Counted from the first letter of the stretch, positions 1-12,259 are shown. The stretch: DNA of 64,000 bases from Eledone cirrhosa (GCA_964016885.1 OZ024746.1:96162001-96226000); one strand, 5' to 3'. Translations and numbers: made by a program. The notes: a model not told the origin generated them from the sequence alone.

Positions 1-480
1 AATCTTTGCTCGCTTTAGGCCCCAAAGGTGTCTTGTACCACCTTGCAAAATTTCTCTTGGAGGCCCTGGCTGGATGCCATTTTTTAATGCCAATCATCTT
101 ACATGGTGTACCGGATGCTTGCTTGCTCTTGCTCAACAAGGCTGGGGTCATCCTAAGCCGGCAAGCCCAGAAGCTTGATCGCGCGTAGAGCCGATGTGTC
201 TGTTTCATGGCGTGAAGCGACTGAGAGTATAAGACACCTTCCTGGACAAGACATTGCAGTGTCAAACCTCCAGCTATTGCTGGTACTCATTTTCAGCTGA
301 GTGTACTGGAGCAACGTGAAATGAAGTGTTTTGCTCAAGAACACAATACTTGAGAAAGTTTTTACAATGCTGGCTTAAATGCCTTGTTTTATTCAATTCA
401 CCTCTCTCTCTTCTTAGTTCAAATCCTTCCTCTCTGATTTCAAATCCCACATCTCTCTGAGTTTAAATCCCACTTCTATG

Positions 481-1730
481 GACTCTGAGTTCAAATCCTA
501 CCTCACTCTGATCTCTTAGTTCAAATCCTACCTCACTCTGATCTCTTAGTTCAAATCCTACCTCTCACTGATCTCTTAGTTCAAATCCTACCTCTCACTG
601 ATCTCTTAGTTCAAATCCCACCTCTCACTGATCTCTTAGTTCAAATCCTACCTCACTCTGATCTCTTAGTTCAAATCCTACCTCACTCTGATCTCTTAGT
701 TCAAATCCTACCTCACTCTGATCTCTTAGTTCAAATCCTACCTCTCACTGATCTCTTAGTTCAAATCCTACCTCTCACTGATCTCTTAGTTCAAATCCCA
801 CCTCTCACTGATCTCTTAGTTCAAATCCTACCTCACTCTGATCTCTTAGTTCAAATCCTACCTCTCACTGATCTCTTAGTTCAAATCCTACCTCACTCTG
901 ATCTCTTAGTTCAAATCCTACCTCTCACTGATCTCTTAGTTCAAATCCTACCTCACTCTGATCTCTTAGTTCAAATCCTACCTCACTCTGATCTCTTAGT
1001 TCAAATCCTACCTCACTCTGATCTCTTAGTTCAAATCCTACCTCTCACTGATCTCTTAGTTCAAATCCTACCTCTCACTGATCTCTCAGTTCAAATCCTA
1101 CCTCTCACTGATCTCTTAGTTCAAATCCCACCTCTCACTGATCTCTTAGTTCAAATCCTACCTCTCACTGATCTCTTAGTTCAAATCCTACCTCTCACTG
1201 ATCTCTTAGTTCAAATCCTACCTCACTCTGATCTCTTAGTTCAAATCCTACCTCTCACTGATCTCTTAGTTCAAATCCTACCTCACTCTGATCTCTTAGT
1301 TCAAATCCTACCTCTCACTGATCTCTTAGTTCAAATCCTACCTCTCACTGATCTCTTAGTTCAAATCCTACCTCACTCTGATCTCTTAGTTCAAATCCTA
1401 CCTCTCACTGATCTCTTAGTTCAAATCCTACCTCACTCTGATCTCTTAGTTCAAATCCTACCTCACTCTGATCTCTTAGTTCAAATCCTACCTCTCACTG
1501 ATCTCTTAGTTCAAATCCTACCTCTCACTGATCTCTTAGTTCAAATCCCACCTCTCACTGATCTCTTAGTTCAAATCCCACCTCTCACTGATCTCTTAGT
1601 TCAAATCCTACCTCTCACTGATCTCTTAGTTCAAATCCTACCTCACTCTGATCTCTTAGTTCAAATCCTACCTCTCACTGATCTCTTAGTTCAAATCCTA
1701 CCTCTCACTGATCTCTCAGTTCAAATCCCT
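481..1730 (+). repeat. 30-bp minisatellite (~42 copies), unit ATCTCTTAGTTCAAATCCTACCTCTCACTG
   Basis: Near-perfect 30-bp period with two alternating variants (CCTCTCACTG / CCTCACTCTG). Degenerate units start at ~410. Confidence 0.97.
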
Positions 1731-1875
1731 TTTCAATGTCTAGTTTGCGTTTCATCCTTTTATATTCTTCTCACTTCTGACCTTTATCAATTCCCACTTC
1801 CTCCCGTATTCTGTACTAATATTCCTTTACTCTTTTAATAGTTTGTCATCTGACTGGGGCCATGTTGGAGCACCA

Positions 1876-2082
1876 CCTTAAAGGGATTTTGTAGATAATA
1901 TCTACCGTAAACGGATTTTGTAGATAATATCTACCGTAAACGGATTTTGTAGATAATATCTACCTTAAAGGGATTTTGTAGATAATATCTACCTTAAAGG
2001 GATTTTGTAGATAATATCTACCTTAAAGGGATTTTATTGATAATATCTACCTTAAAGGGATTTTATTGATAATATCTACCTG
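1876..2082 (+). repeat. 29-bp minisatellite (~7 copies), CCTTAAAGGGATTTTGTAGATAATATCTA
   Basis: Direct tandem repeat visible in sequence. Confidence 0.9.
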
Positions 2083-2249
2083 ATTTTTTTTTGTTTTTGT
2101 CTAAATTATGTTGTATATATCAGATATTATAATTCTGTAAAAGATGATATATTTCAGTATTTCTTTGAATTTATTTTAAGGATAAAATTTATGTCATGTT
2201 GATAGTTATAATAGACAATTTTATTTCGTTCTAGAGTTATATAAATATA

Positions 2250-2760
2250 CAGAAAAAGAGAGCAGTATTGGAAAGGACTATAAATCTCATAAATAAGAGG
2301 AAAAGGAGGGGAGAGCAAGGACTACTAGACATAGGAAGAGGAAAGGGGAGAGGTTGACAGTCTCCACACCTAGATCAGAGCAATGTTTCGGCAGATAAAA
2401 TGGCAGACAATAGCCAACACATGCTGTAACAGCCACCCCCACCTCACAGGGTTCCTTCCTCAGACAGGAATACTATCAATCCAACTTTACAGAAGAGGTC
2501 AGCTGTCTGGGGTCCAAAGACACCTTTAGATCTTAATGGTGACCAGTGCCAAGAGGAAGTGGCTGGACAAGCTCCAGTTTTTGCTTGTCTTTCTGTCTTC
2601 TGTATTGTGAGCCGCCATACCAGGGTTTGTGGCCGAGCTGGAGGCAGAGAATGTGTCAGAGCATGTCGCGTCCTAAATAAGCGATTTACCTCCTTCAAAA
2701 AGGAAGAGGGTAATTCCATCAGAGTGCTTGCCGTCACCCCAATTGAGGCCTACTGCTGTC
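2250..2760 (-). mobile_element. Decayed 3' part of a CRE-like non-LTR retrotransposon (restriction-like endonuclease domain)
   Basis: Minus strand translates, with stops and frameshifts, to GDGKHSDGITLFLFEGGKSLI*DATCSDTF...GMAAHNTEDRKTSK...GVFGP. This matches the DGKRPDG..WDATC..AE.RK.KY..G.FGP pattern of CRE-clade RLE domains. Confidence 0.7.
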
Positions 2761-2932
2761 AACCAACATGACCATTACAACTTTAAATTTGGTGAAATAA
2801 CAGCTCAACCCTTCAACATCAAATATACTAAAAGTAGCAGCTACATACTCCAGAAATATTGAAAGACCCAACAGATATATTATATAATTATATAAAAAAT
2901 TATAAATTAAGTCTCACAACATTCTATTTTAA

Positions 2933-3235
2933 TCTGTATTATAAGAACGCTGTCTGTCTGTCTGTCCCTCCGTCCATCACGCCCACTTTATATAGAGAGA
3001 GGGGGAGTACCAAGTGAGAGATATGTACCTAGATAGAGAGAGGGAAGGGAACTCTGTGTGTTTTCAAAGTGACAGAAAGAGGTAGATAGACATGATGTCG
3101 CCCTCATCTATATAGAGAGAGGGGGAGTGCTAAATGAGAGAAATATGTACATAAATAGAGAGAGAAAAGGAACATCATTTGTTTAGAGAGAGAGTGTGTG
3201 TGTGACAGAAAGAGGGAGATGTCACCCTCTTCTAG
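2933..3235 (+). mobile_element. Possible short non-autonomous Helitron
   Basis: A|TC start followed by (CTGT)n, then an AGAGGG...CCCTCT hairpin and a CTAG|T end. Confidence 0.4.
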
Positions 3236-3312
3236 TATTCATAAAATTTGTCAAATTTTTTTCAGTGAATTGAACTAACCAAGAAAAAATGACATCCATA
3301 GTCAATAATACC

Positions 3313-4180
3313 TCACCACCACCACCACTACCACCACTATCACCACCTCAACCACAACCACCACTACTACCACTACCACCATCACCACAACCATCACTAC
3401 AACCACCACAACCACCACCACTACCTCAACCACCACCATGACCACCACCATGACCACCACCACTACCACCACCATGACCACCACCACTACCACCACCATG
3501 ACCACAACCACCACCACCCCAACCACCACCACCATACCACCACCATACCACCACCATGACCACCACCACTACCACCACCACCACCGCAACCACCACCACC
3601 ACCGCAACCACCACCTCAATCACCACCTCAACCACCACTATAACCACCACCACCACCTCAACCACTAACTCAACCACCACCATGACCACCACCACTTCAA
3701 CCACCACTACCACCACCTCAACCACCACCTCAACCACCACCACCATGACCACCACAACCACCACTACCACCACTACCACCACGACCACCACTATAACCAC
3801 CACCACTGCCACCACTATAACCACCACCACTGCCACCACTATAACCACCACCACTGCCACCACTATAACCACCACCACTGCCACCACCATCACCACGACC
3901 ACCACCATCACCACTACCATCACCACCACCATCACCACTACCATCACCACCACTACCACCACTACCACCATCACCACCACTACCACCATCACCACCACCT
4001 CAACCATCACCACCACTACCACCATCACCACTACCACCACCACCAACACCACCATGACCACCAACACCACCATGACCACCAACACCACCATGACCACCAC
4101 CACCACCAACACCACCACCACCACCACCACCACTACCACCACAACCACCAACACCACAACCACCAACACCACCACCTCAA
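3313..4180 (+). repeat. Degenerate (CAC)n trinucleotide microsatellite, ~870 bp
   Basis: ACC/ACT/ATC-type triplet array. It is the source of the poly-T/V/H ORFs. Confidence 0.95.
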
Positions 4181-4232
4181 TCATATTGATAATTCAAGTT
4201 ATTAATTCTACATATATTTATTGTTATTTCAG

Positions 4233-4352
4233 ATGCAAACACCCTTAAACTTGGAACAAGCAATATGTGCTCGAGATGCCCTCGCTAAAGGAATATATGA
4301 CAGGCTTTTTACTTGGATTGTTAAAAAGATTAATACATCTCTTGCAACAAAG
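4233..4352 (+). CDS. MYO1C: Class I myosin (MYO1C/Myo61F-like) motor domain, first exon visible in window
   Basis: tttcAG acceptor and AG|GTAAC donor, 120 nt, phase 0/0. [40 protein letters not shown] contains the RDALAK..Y.R.F.W.V..IN myosin motif. Confidence 0.93.
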
Positions 4353-4445
4353 GTAACAAATGTTGATAACATAGTGAACACCAACTGTTTGTTAGGTTTA
4401 ACATTGTTTTACATAACTTGTATTATAGAATGCTTCACCCACTAC

Positions 4446-5022
4446 CTTCTTCTTCTTCGCCCACTTATTCCTGAGATGGTCGTGGGGGCAGAGTCCTCAA
4501 ATACTCCTTCCAGGAGGTCATGTCAGAAGCAACTGTCCCCAACTGATCTGGCTGGATCCTCAAGTGAGACCAGCCAAGCTCATGGATGTTATCCAACCAT
4601 CTTCCTCGGGGTCTACCCTTATATCTCCTGTCGTCTGGTTTTGCCTGTAAAATCTGTCCAGCGATTCTTTCCTAAGACATTCTAACCACATGTCCATAGT
4701 ATTGGAGCTGTGATCTCTCAACTTGGAGAAGTAGTGGCTCTACTTGGAGTGATACTCCAGTGATTCTTTCTTGAGACATTCTAACCACATGTCCATAGTA
4801 TCAGAGTTGTGATATCTCAATTCGGAGAAGTAGCAGCTCTATCTAAAGTGACTCTCCAGTGATTCTATCCTGAGACATTTCTAATCACATGTCCATAGTA
4901 TGGACAATTCGAAAAAGTAGCGAGTTACTCTCTGATCTCCAAACTATAAACACTATCAAGTAACGTTACTCCAAAGACCCTTCGGAAGAATTCCATTTCG
5001 GCAGCTTGTATTTGCGATCGTA
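4446..5022 (-). mobile_element. 3' fragment of a second RTE-clade LINE family, with ~98-bp internal tandem duplications
   Basis: Minus strand encodes an [25 protein letters not shown]-like RTE C-terminus and ends in an (AAG)n tail. Related copies lie at 7990-8425, 26800-27100, 36010-36125 and 63550-63925. Confidence 0.75.
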
Positions 5023-5569
5023 AATTAATTGAAACACATAGCCAGTGTATTTCATATAATATACAATAAGAAAAAGGTTAAACATAACTGTAGTGAACTG
5101 ACACTTCTATACAAAATGTATAAATTATATAAAAAATGTAATCCCAACAAATGAAATATTTGGTTTTAATAAGTCTGAGAAAGAAGTTGACTATCAAACA
5201 GATTCTTCAGCACCATTTAGGGCTCTTTCTTGTACATACCTACTTGTTGTTTATATTGCTGTAACTCGCATAAAAAAAAAGTACTACTTGTACAGTCTAA
5301 AAATGAAATACAGTGTGTTCGCTTTTTACGCGAAGATGTGTTTGTGAATGCAGCACATAAAGCAAATTCCCGTAATTCAAGTTTAATATTTCTGTTAAAT
5401 AAAAATTAAAAACCACACGCGTTATAGAATGTTATTAATGCAAAGTGAATATTTAATAATATTTTTCAAGAGGCGTTAAAACAAATTTGTATACTTCAAG
5501 TTCACATAAAAGGCAAACAGACATATTTGGTTTTGATAAGAGTCTTGTGTTTATTATCATTGGTTAAGG

Positions 5570-5790
5570 GCAATGGATTGGCAGTATCGGTAGAGCGTTG
5601 GACACCGTGCTTTGCAACATAGAGTTACAGCCCTTTTCGGTCTGAGTTCAAATCCTGCTGAGGTTAACTTTGCCTTTCATCCTTATGGGGTCGATAAAAT
5701 AAAGTACTAGTAATGTACTAGGGTCGATTTAATTGACCCCCCCCCCTCCCAATTACTGGCCTTGTGCCAATAGTAGAAACAATTATTATT
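5570..5790 (+). mobile_element. tRNA-derived SINE (most abundant family in window), near full length
   Basis: A-box-like TGGCAGTATCGG, B-box GAGTTCAAATCC, conserved core GCCTTTCATCCTTAYGGGGTCGATAAAATAAAGTAC (Meta-domain-like) and (ATT)n tail. About 20 or more whole or partial copies occur, e.g. 6040, 32983, 33820, 36700, 39790, 44550, 49005, 54154 and 55070. Confidence 0.85.
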
Positions 5791-5842
5791 GGTTAATAGG
5801 TACTATTGCTTTTATTAATGTGTGTTTCTTTTATTTTTTTAG

Positions 5843-5910
5843 TGTAAAGAAAAATGTACCCTTCTTGGACTGTTAGATATATATGGTTTTGAAATATTTC
5901 AAATAAATGG
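5843..5910 (+). CDS. MYO1C: Class I myosin exon (switch II)
   Basis: ttttAG / GG|GTAAGT, 68 nt, phase 0/2. CKEKCTLLGLLDIYGFEIFQIN(G) contains the DIYGFE switch-II motif typical of class I myosins. Confidence 0.95.
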
Positions 5911-6929
5911 GTAAGTTATACTAAACTACTATAGTTTACTATGGACTGGACTTGATCTTTGTTCTTTAAACTCTGCTCATGTTGATGTGCAGTCTGCAAC
6001 TGGTGGAGTTTAGCGTCACAAGAGACTACAGTAATCCTGGTGGATTTGGCCGTCGAATCAGGAGAGCGTTGAACAATATGCTTTGTGGCATAGAGTTACG
6101 GTCCTTTACGTTCTGATTTCAAATCCTGCCGAGATTGGTTTTGCCTTTCATCCTAACAGGGTTGATAAAATAAATTACTATTAACAAATAGGCTATGTAG
6201 ACGGTAAACCCTAAATGGATGCAACACACATTGATATAGTGTTTCACCAGCCCCTTCCTTCTGTTGTCTGTATCTGTTTATGTATTTACATGTAGATGGG
6301 TGTGTATGTGTGTAACTAAAGCGTAACGTGTGTTATAAATGGACGACTAATTGATTTTAACTTGTCTTTTAATAATTGATGGGGGGAAAAGATTTCAAAT
6401 TGTCTTAATTCGGGCCGCAACTCATGGAGTCTGACACTTACTGGCTACATAGCCTCTTCCTACTATTAACACACTGGGGTCGATTTAATCGACTTTCCCC
6501 TCCTCCAAAATATTGTTGGCCTGTGCTTAAATTAGAAACCATACTATCATCATCATTGTTCTCTCTGATGGTAAGTGTTGGGTGTGTTATCACAATCTGA
6601 GACCAGACTGCTCAGAGAACTACATCTGGCTCGCACGTTCTGTATTTTGGCATAGTTTCTGTGACTGGATGCCCTTCCTCATGCCAACCACTTCACTGTG
6701 TACTGGGTAAATTTTATCATGACTCCAGCACTGCCACTTTACAGATTGTACTGGTGTGTACTGCATCATGGCACCAGCACTACCACTTTAGAGTATATTT
6801 CATTGTGGAACCAGCACTACTATTTTATAAAGTGTACTGGTTGCATTTTATTGTGGAATCAGCACTACTACTTTATAGAGTATACTGGGGTGTACTCCAT
6901 CATGGCACCATCACTACTACTTTATAGAG

Positions 6930-7075
6930 CAGGCATGGGCAACCTTTTCAAGCAGTCATCCACATAGAATGTATCTCATCATAATTCAAGCCGCACTACT
7001 AAAAAATTCAAGGCAGTTTTTGAAATTAGGTGTGTCATTCAGAAAGCCAAACGGGTTGCAGTTTTCCCAGGACTG
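6930..7075. mobile_element. hAT-type MITE inserted into an RTE-tail repeat
   Basis: 8-bp TSD TTATAGAG at 6922-6929 and 7076-7083. Imperfect TIRs CAGGCATGGGCAAC / GTTTTCCCAGGACTG. Confidence 0.65.
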
Positions 7076-7877
7076 TTATAGAGTGTACTGAGTGCATATC
7101 ATTATGGCACAAACTTTACTCTACCAACTCACACTAGACCACCTCAAGTTTTATGGTATAAAACTGCCTGTTGTAATTTTATTGTAGTGCTGGTGTCACA
7201 ACAAAATGCACCCAGTACCCTCCTTAAAGTGTTTGGCATTAAAAAGGGTCTTCAGCTGTAGAATTCCTGTCAAAATATGGTACATGTGAACATTCTCATC
7301 ATCATCACCATTTGTCCATTTTTCCACACTAGCATGGTTTAGACTGGTTGTCCAGTTTGAGACAAGTCAGGTCAGGTGACCATATCTTGCTCATACAGAA
7401 CTGATTTTGACTTGGTCTCTATGGCTGGATGCCTTTCCTAACACCAACCATAATTATAGTGTGAACTGGGTACTTTTTGTTGTGACACCTACACGACCAC
7501 TTTTCAGTGTGAACTGGGTGCTTTTATCATGATACCTACACAACCATGTTATACGGTATGTTTATGAATAAACATTTGAAAGCTTTCAGCTATGAATTTT
7601 GGAAGCTGATGATGTAAGGCCAGCTAGCAGATTCCAACAGAAGTAAGGGTGGGTAACTGTTGATGACAATCATCTTTTCTGACTCTGGTCATTATCGAGA
7701 CAGTGCTCCCTTACTCTGCTCTCTGCTGGACCTCAATATAGGCAAAAACATATAGTTTTGACATCTATGTACATGGGCTGATTAACCTCATTTGCATATA
7801 GAGCTATCTGTTTGTGATGTCTTGTATGTAGAAATAACAATTACGATTTCCATTCATGGAATGGTTCTGTTTTTCAG

Positions 7878-7983
7878 GTTTGAGCAATTCTGTATCAACT
7901 ATTGCAATGAGAAACTTCAACAACTGTTTATTGAGCTAACACTGAAGTCAGAACAAGAAGAGTATCAACGTGAAGGGATTGCG
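7878..7983 (+). CDS. MYO1C: Class I myosin exon (relay helix)
   Basis: ttttcAG / GCG|GTAAG, 106 nt, phase 2/0. [35 protein letters not shown]; [11 protein letters not shown] is characteristic of the MYO1C/H subgroup. Confidence 0.96.
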
Positions 7984-7989
7984 GTAAGA

Positions 7990-8425
7990 TTCTTTCCTGA
8001 GACATTCTAACCATTTGCCCATAGTATCGGAGCTGTGATCTCTCAATTCAGAGAAGTAACGGGTCTACCTGGAGTGACTCTCTGATCTCCTGAGACATTC
8101 TAACCACATGCCAATAGCATTGGAGCTGTGATCTCAAATTCAGAAAAGCAGTGGCTCTACCTGGAGTGACTCTCCAATGATTCTTCCCTGAGACATTCTA
8201 ACCACATGCCCATAGTATCAGAGCTGTGATCTCTCAATTCAGAGAAGTAGTAGCTCTACCTGTAGTGACTCTCTGATCTCCGAGCTATCAAGTAACATTA
8301 CTCCAAAAACCCGTCGGGGGAACCCCATCTCAGCCACTTGTATTCGTGATCGTGTTCTTTCAGTCGTTACCCTAGACTCGTGACCATAGGTAAGGATTGG
8401 CACAAATATCAAAGTAAAACAGTGA
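7990..8425 (-). mobile_element. RTE family-2 fragment with ~98-bp tandem duplications
   Basis: Minus strand reads IFVPILTYGHESRVTTERTRSRIQVAEMGFPRRVFGV..SSEIRESLQVELLLL, an RTE thumb/C-terminal motif. Confidence 0.8.
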
Positions 8426-8678
8426 GCCTGATACACACAAATGCTCTCTTTATTGATCATCAATTGTATTGATTTATCCTTAATCACACGGATATATATA
8501 AGTAAATATTTTCTTCTTTTCATGCCACACAATGTCTGATGTCATATGTGACATTTTTTGCAATGCAAGACATGGCTGGCCATGAGCAAATCCCTGGCAG
8601 GACTAAAAAACCATGACTGTGATGCTCATGCATAGGTATCAAGCAATGGCATTACTCAAAATCAAGTTGCAGCCACCA

Positions 8679-8733
<55 letters not shown>

Positions 8734-8918
8734 GTGTGTACATTATCATTCATCAACATATTAATTTTTTCATATACAAAGCCCCATTAGCAAAGCATTA
8801 TAACAGATCCTTTTCCAGGAGCCATAAGTATGTATATTGCCTGTAAATAGATGAGGTTCTTCAAACTTTTGGTAATTTTGAAATTTTTATAATTTTTTCT
8901 CGTCTTTTAATATTTTAG

Positions 8919-8999
8919 TGGGAACCAGTCCAATTTTTTAATAATAAAATTATCTGTGATATGGTTGAAGGGAGACCAATCGGTGTGATAGCTATTATG
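8919..8999 (+). CDS. MYO1C: Class I myosin exon
   Basis: ttttAG / ATG|GTAAGT, 81 nt, phase 0/0. [27 protein letters not shown]. Confidence 0.95.
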
Positions 9000-9209
9000 G
9001 TAAGTAGTCTTCTATTGTCTCTGCTTTTAACGTTACACTTCATAAATACAATGGAATGTTAATAATAATATTGAAAATTATTGTGTACAGTGCTCAGGTG
9101 CACTACAACTCATCAAAGCTGCATGTATAGTACATAGAATGTACAAATGTCAGGAAAGTGAACAGTGTATGAGTCATGATACACACACACACACGCACGC
9201 ACACACACC

Positions 9210-9630
9210 AATACCAATTAATGGTAGGGTCCAAGCCGTATGAAGAACTCAATGTAATCCGTATGTAGATGTCGTGAAACAAAGTTTAAAATACAAAATT
9301 TCAACGATATAATTCATTTGAAGCAGAGTCAAAATAATACAAATAGTGAAAACAATGAAATTAAATAAAACGCGGGTAATTTCTAGTAAAACTCGTTATT
9401 TTACGATCGTTTCTGGGGGGTAGTTCTACTCTAATCATTATTTTTGAAGACGGCGTGTAGGGAAGACATATGTATATTTTCTTACTTTGATAATTTGTAA
9501 TATATTTTACATAGGTCACTAACAGAATGAACATACGTAGAACTACCCCCAGAAACGATCGTAAAATAATGAGTTTTACTATGAATTACCCGTATTTTGT
9601 TTAATTTCATTGTTTTCATTTGTATTTTAT
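9210..9630. mobile_element. Fold-back Penelope-like terminus, family C (hammerhead-bearing)
   Basis: Imperfect inverted arms ~9331-9429 and ~9537-9628 between (CA)n and (TA)n tracts. 9210-9265 is the reverse complement of the family-C 3' end at ~23170-23225. Confidence 0.7.
9435..9572 (+). ncRNA. Type I hammerhead ribozyme motif with ~100-nt stem II (C3>U variant)
   Basis: Stem I TCATTATTT/AAATAATGA; TTGAAGA at 9444-9450; GAAA at 9552-9555; palindromic stem III A-CGATCG-T; GUA triplet. Confidence 0.6.
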
Positions 9631-9892
9631 ATATATATATAGTATTAATTATACTATTTATGGTTATGTAAATACAAAAACCTTTTGCAGTTATATATAT
9701 TTTTATATAAACCCTAAATAGTGGTAGGCAGTAATATATTACTACCTTATTACCAGTAAGTTAAGTAGCTCAATGTAAAAACATCAGATGATTTACAGAG
9801 CAGTTATATGAAATATAAGAATCAAAGAACTGTTCAAAACATTTTTTGAACAGTTCTTTGATTCTTATATTTCATATATTTCATATATATAA

Positions 9893-9925
<33 letters not shown>

Positions 9926-10521
9926 AGTTTAAAGGGAAACAACTTTGCAATATCAAACCAGAAGAAATGCAACTTGACAATCAAGTTTTGTGAAAGGTAT
10001 TTTTACACTTGACATTTCGTTAGCAATGAATTTTTTCATTTTCTTTTTATTATAATATTGATTTCTAATTTAGACACACGGCTAGCCATTGGTGGAGGCA
10101 TGGGGTAGGGATAATGTTGCTTAAATTGTCTCCACTACTTGACTGGTAATTTTATTTTATCGACTTATTGAGGATGACTTCTTTCAGCATGGGCTAAAGA
10201 CAAGTCTCTTAACTCCTGATAGTCATAAGGGTTCCATCTTGACACACCTGATTGAACCTATCTTCTTTTTAAATTGGAACACAGCCAATTTCTTCCAGAG
10301 AAGGAAGGAAAGATTAAGAGATATGAAACAAAATGGACCTAATAATGAACTGGTACTTTTTTTATCAACCTCAAAAAGATGAAAGGCAAAGTTGACTTTG
10401 GCAAGATTCCAGTAAGATGGAACCAATACCAACGAAGTTACTTTTAATTCAATACTCTAACAACTCTGCCATAAAGTATGCCATAAAGATACACTGAAGA
10501 ATTTATCAAAGAATATATCTA

Positions 10522-11465
10522 GTGAAGCCCCCAGCCAACAGTGTAAAGTGGTTGTGTAGGTGTCACAACAAAAAGCACCCAGTCTACACTGTAAAGTGGT
10601 CATGTAGGTTTCACAACAAAAAACACCCAGTCCACAGTGTAAAGTGGTTGTGTAGGTGTCACAACAAAAAGCACCCAATCTACACTGTAAAGTGGTCATG
10701 TAGGTTTCACAACAAAAAACACCCAGTCCACAGTGTAAAGTGGTTGTGTAGGTGTCACAACAAAAAGCACCCAGTCTACACTGTAAAGTGGTCATGTAGG
10801 TTTCACAACAAAAAACACCCAGTCCACAGTGTAAAGTGGTTGTGTAGGTGTCACAACAAAAAGCACCCAGTCTACACTGTAAAGTGGTCATGTAGGTTTC
10901 ACAACAAAAAACACCCAGTCCACAGTGTAAAGTGGTTGTGTAGGTGTCACAACAAAAAGCACCCAGCACACACTGTAAAGTGGTCGTGATGGCAACATGA
11001 TAAAAAGCACCCAGCACACACTGTAAAGTGGTCATGTAGGGGTCATGACAAAAAGCACCCAGCCCACACAGTAATGTGGTCCTGTAGCTGTCACAACAAA
11101 AAGCACCCAACCCACACTGTAAAGTGTTCATGTAGGTGTCACGACAAAAAGATCCCAGCCCACACAGTAATGTGGTCCTGTAGGTGTCACAACAAAAAGC
11201 ACCCAGCCCACACAGTAATGTGGTCCTGTAGATGTCACAACAAAAAGCACCCAACCCACACAGTAATGTGGTCCTGTAGGTGTCACAACCAAAAGTATTC
11301 ACTGTAAATGTGGTTGGCATTAAGGACATCCAGCCATACAAACCAAACTAAAATCAGTTCTGTATGAACAAGACATGGTCATCTGACCTGGCATATCTCA
11401 CAACAGGACTTGTCTAACCCATGCTAGCATGGAAAAATGGATTTTAAACATTGATGATGATGATG
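10522..11465 (+). repeat. RTE 3'-UTR/SINE tail with an expanded 42-bp tandem array (~18 units, alternating 84-bp dimer)
   Basis: Unit ACAACAAAAAGCACCCAGTCYACASTGTAAAGTGGTYRTGTAGGTKTC, followed by GGACATCCAGCC...AACCCATGCTAGCATGGAAAA...(GAT)n as in the RTE 3' UTR at 31180-31428. A minus-strand array lies at 41140-41485. Confidence 0.88.
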
Positions 11466-11528
11466 AATTCCTGATGTAATTTTCTTAAATCTAAAAAAAT
11501 GGATTATATTTTTTTTTATTTGTTTTAG

Positions 11529-11666
11529 GATGAAGAATGCGTTCGTCCTGGAGACCCGACAGATCTGACTTTCTTAGACAAGCTATCTCAGACCCACAAG
11601 GACCATGCACATTTTATATCCCATGTATCAGCAGACACTGCCACAAGAAAGACAATTGAACGGGAT
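11529..11666 (+). CDS. MYO1C: Class I myosin exon
   Basis: ttttAG / GAT|GTAGGT, 138 nt, phase 0/0. [46 protein letters not shown]. Confidence 0.95.
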
Positions 11667-12133
11667 GTAGGTTGAAATTGAAGAAATTATTCTATTTTTT
11701 TATTTTATTTCATTATTTTATCTTTATTTTCACCTCTGTCATCACAACATTCAGATCTCTAAGATTTACCTGTATTTTAAATTGCAAGTGTATACTAATA
11801 TATTTTGATAGCAAACCACCTGAAACTTCCTGGTTTATAATACAAAACTGCACAGTAAGTCCCCCACCTTACAAACCTCCGATTTACAAACTTCCGCAGA
11901 TACAAACAGCTCATGAAGGAAAAACAATTTTGTCTGAGTTCGTTATTGTGGGCTTTTTCAGGCCCTGGGTTGCTTTTTTTTTTTCAGCATAAAAACCAGC
12001 CAAAGCCGTACCTACAGGATGGGATACCAGTCTGCTACTGCAGAATTGAAAAAGTACTTTTTTTCTTTAACAATTTATTACATTAGCTTTACGGTATTTA
12101 AATTCATTATTACATATATACACCCATATATAC

Positions 12134-12176
<43 letters not shown>

Positions 12177-12221
12177 TGTATATATATATATATACTGTAT
12201 ATATATATATATATATATATA

Positions 12222-12259
<38 letters not shown>

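Noticed and set aside
481-1730. CRISPR-like regular 30-bp repeat
   Set aside because: No unique spacers, no cas genes and a eukaryotic context; it is a simple tandem repeat.
3302-4248. Poly-Thr 'mucin-like' and poly-Val/His ORFs
   Set aside because: (CAC)n microsatellite in an intron, open in several frames on both strands.
5570-5660. tRNA gene from A/B boxes
   Set aside because: No cloverleaf; the sequence continues into the SINE core and tail.
10457-11341. Cys-rich repetitive 294-aa ORF (metallothionein/keratin-associated-like)
   Set aside because: Translation of the 42-bp RTE-tail tandem array; the unit length is divisible by 3.
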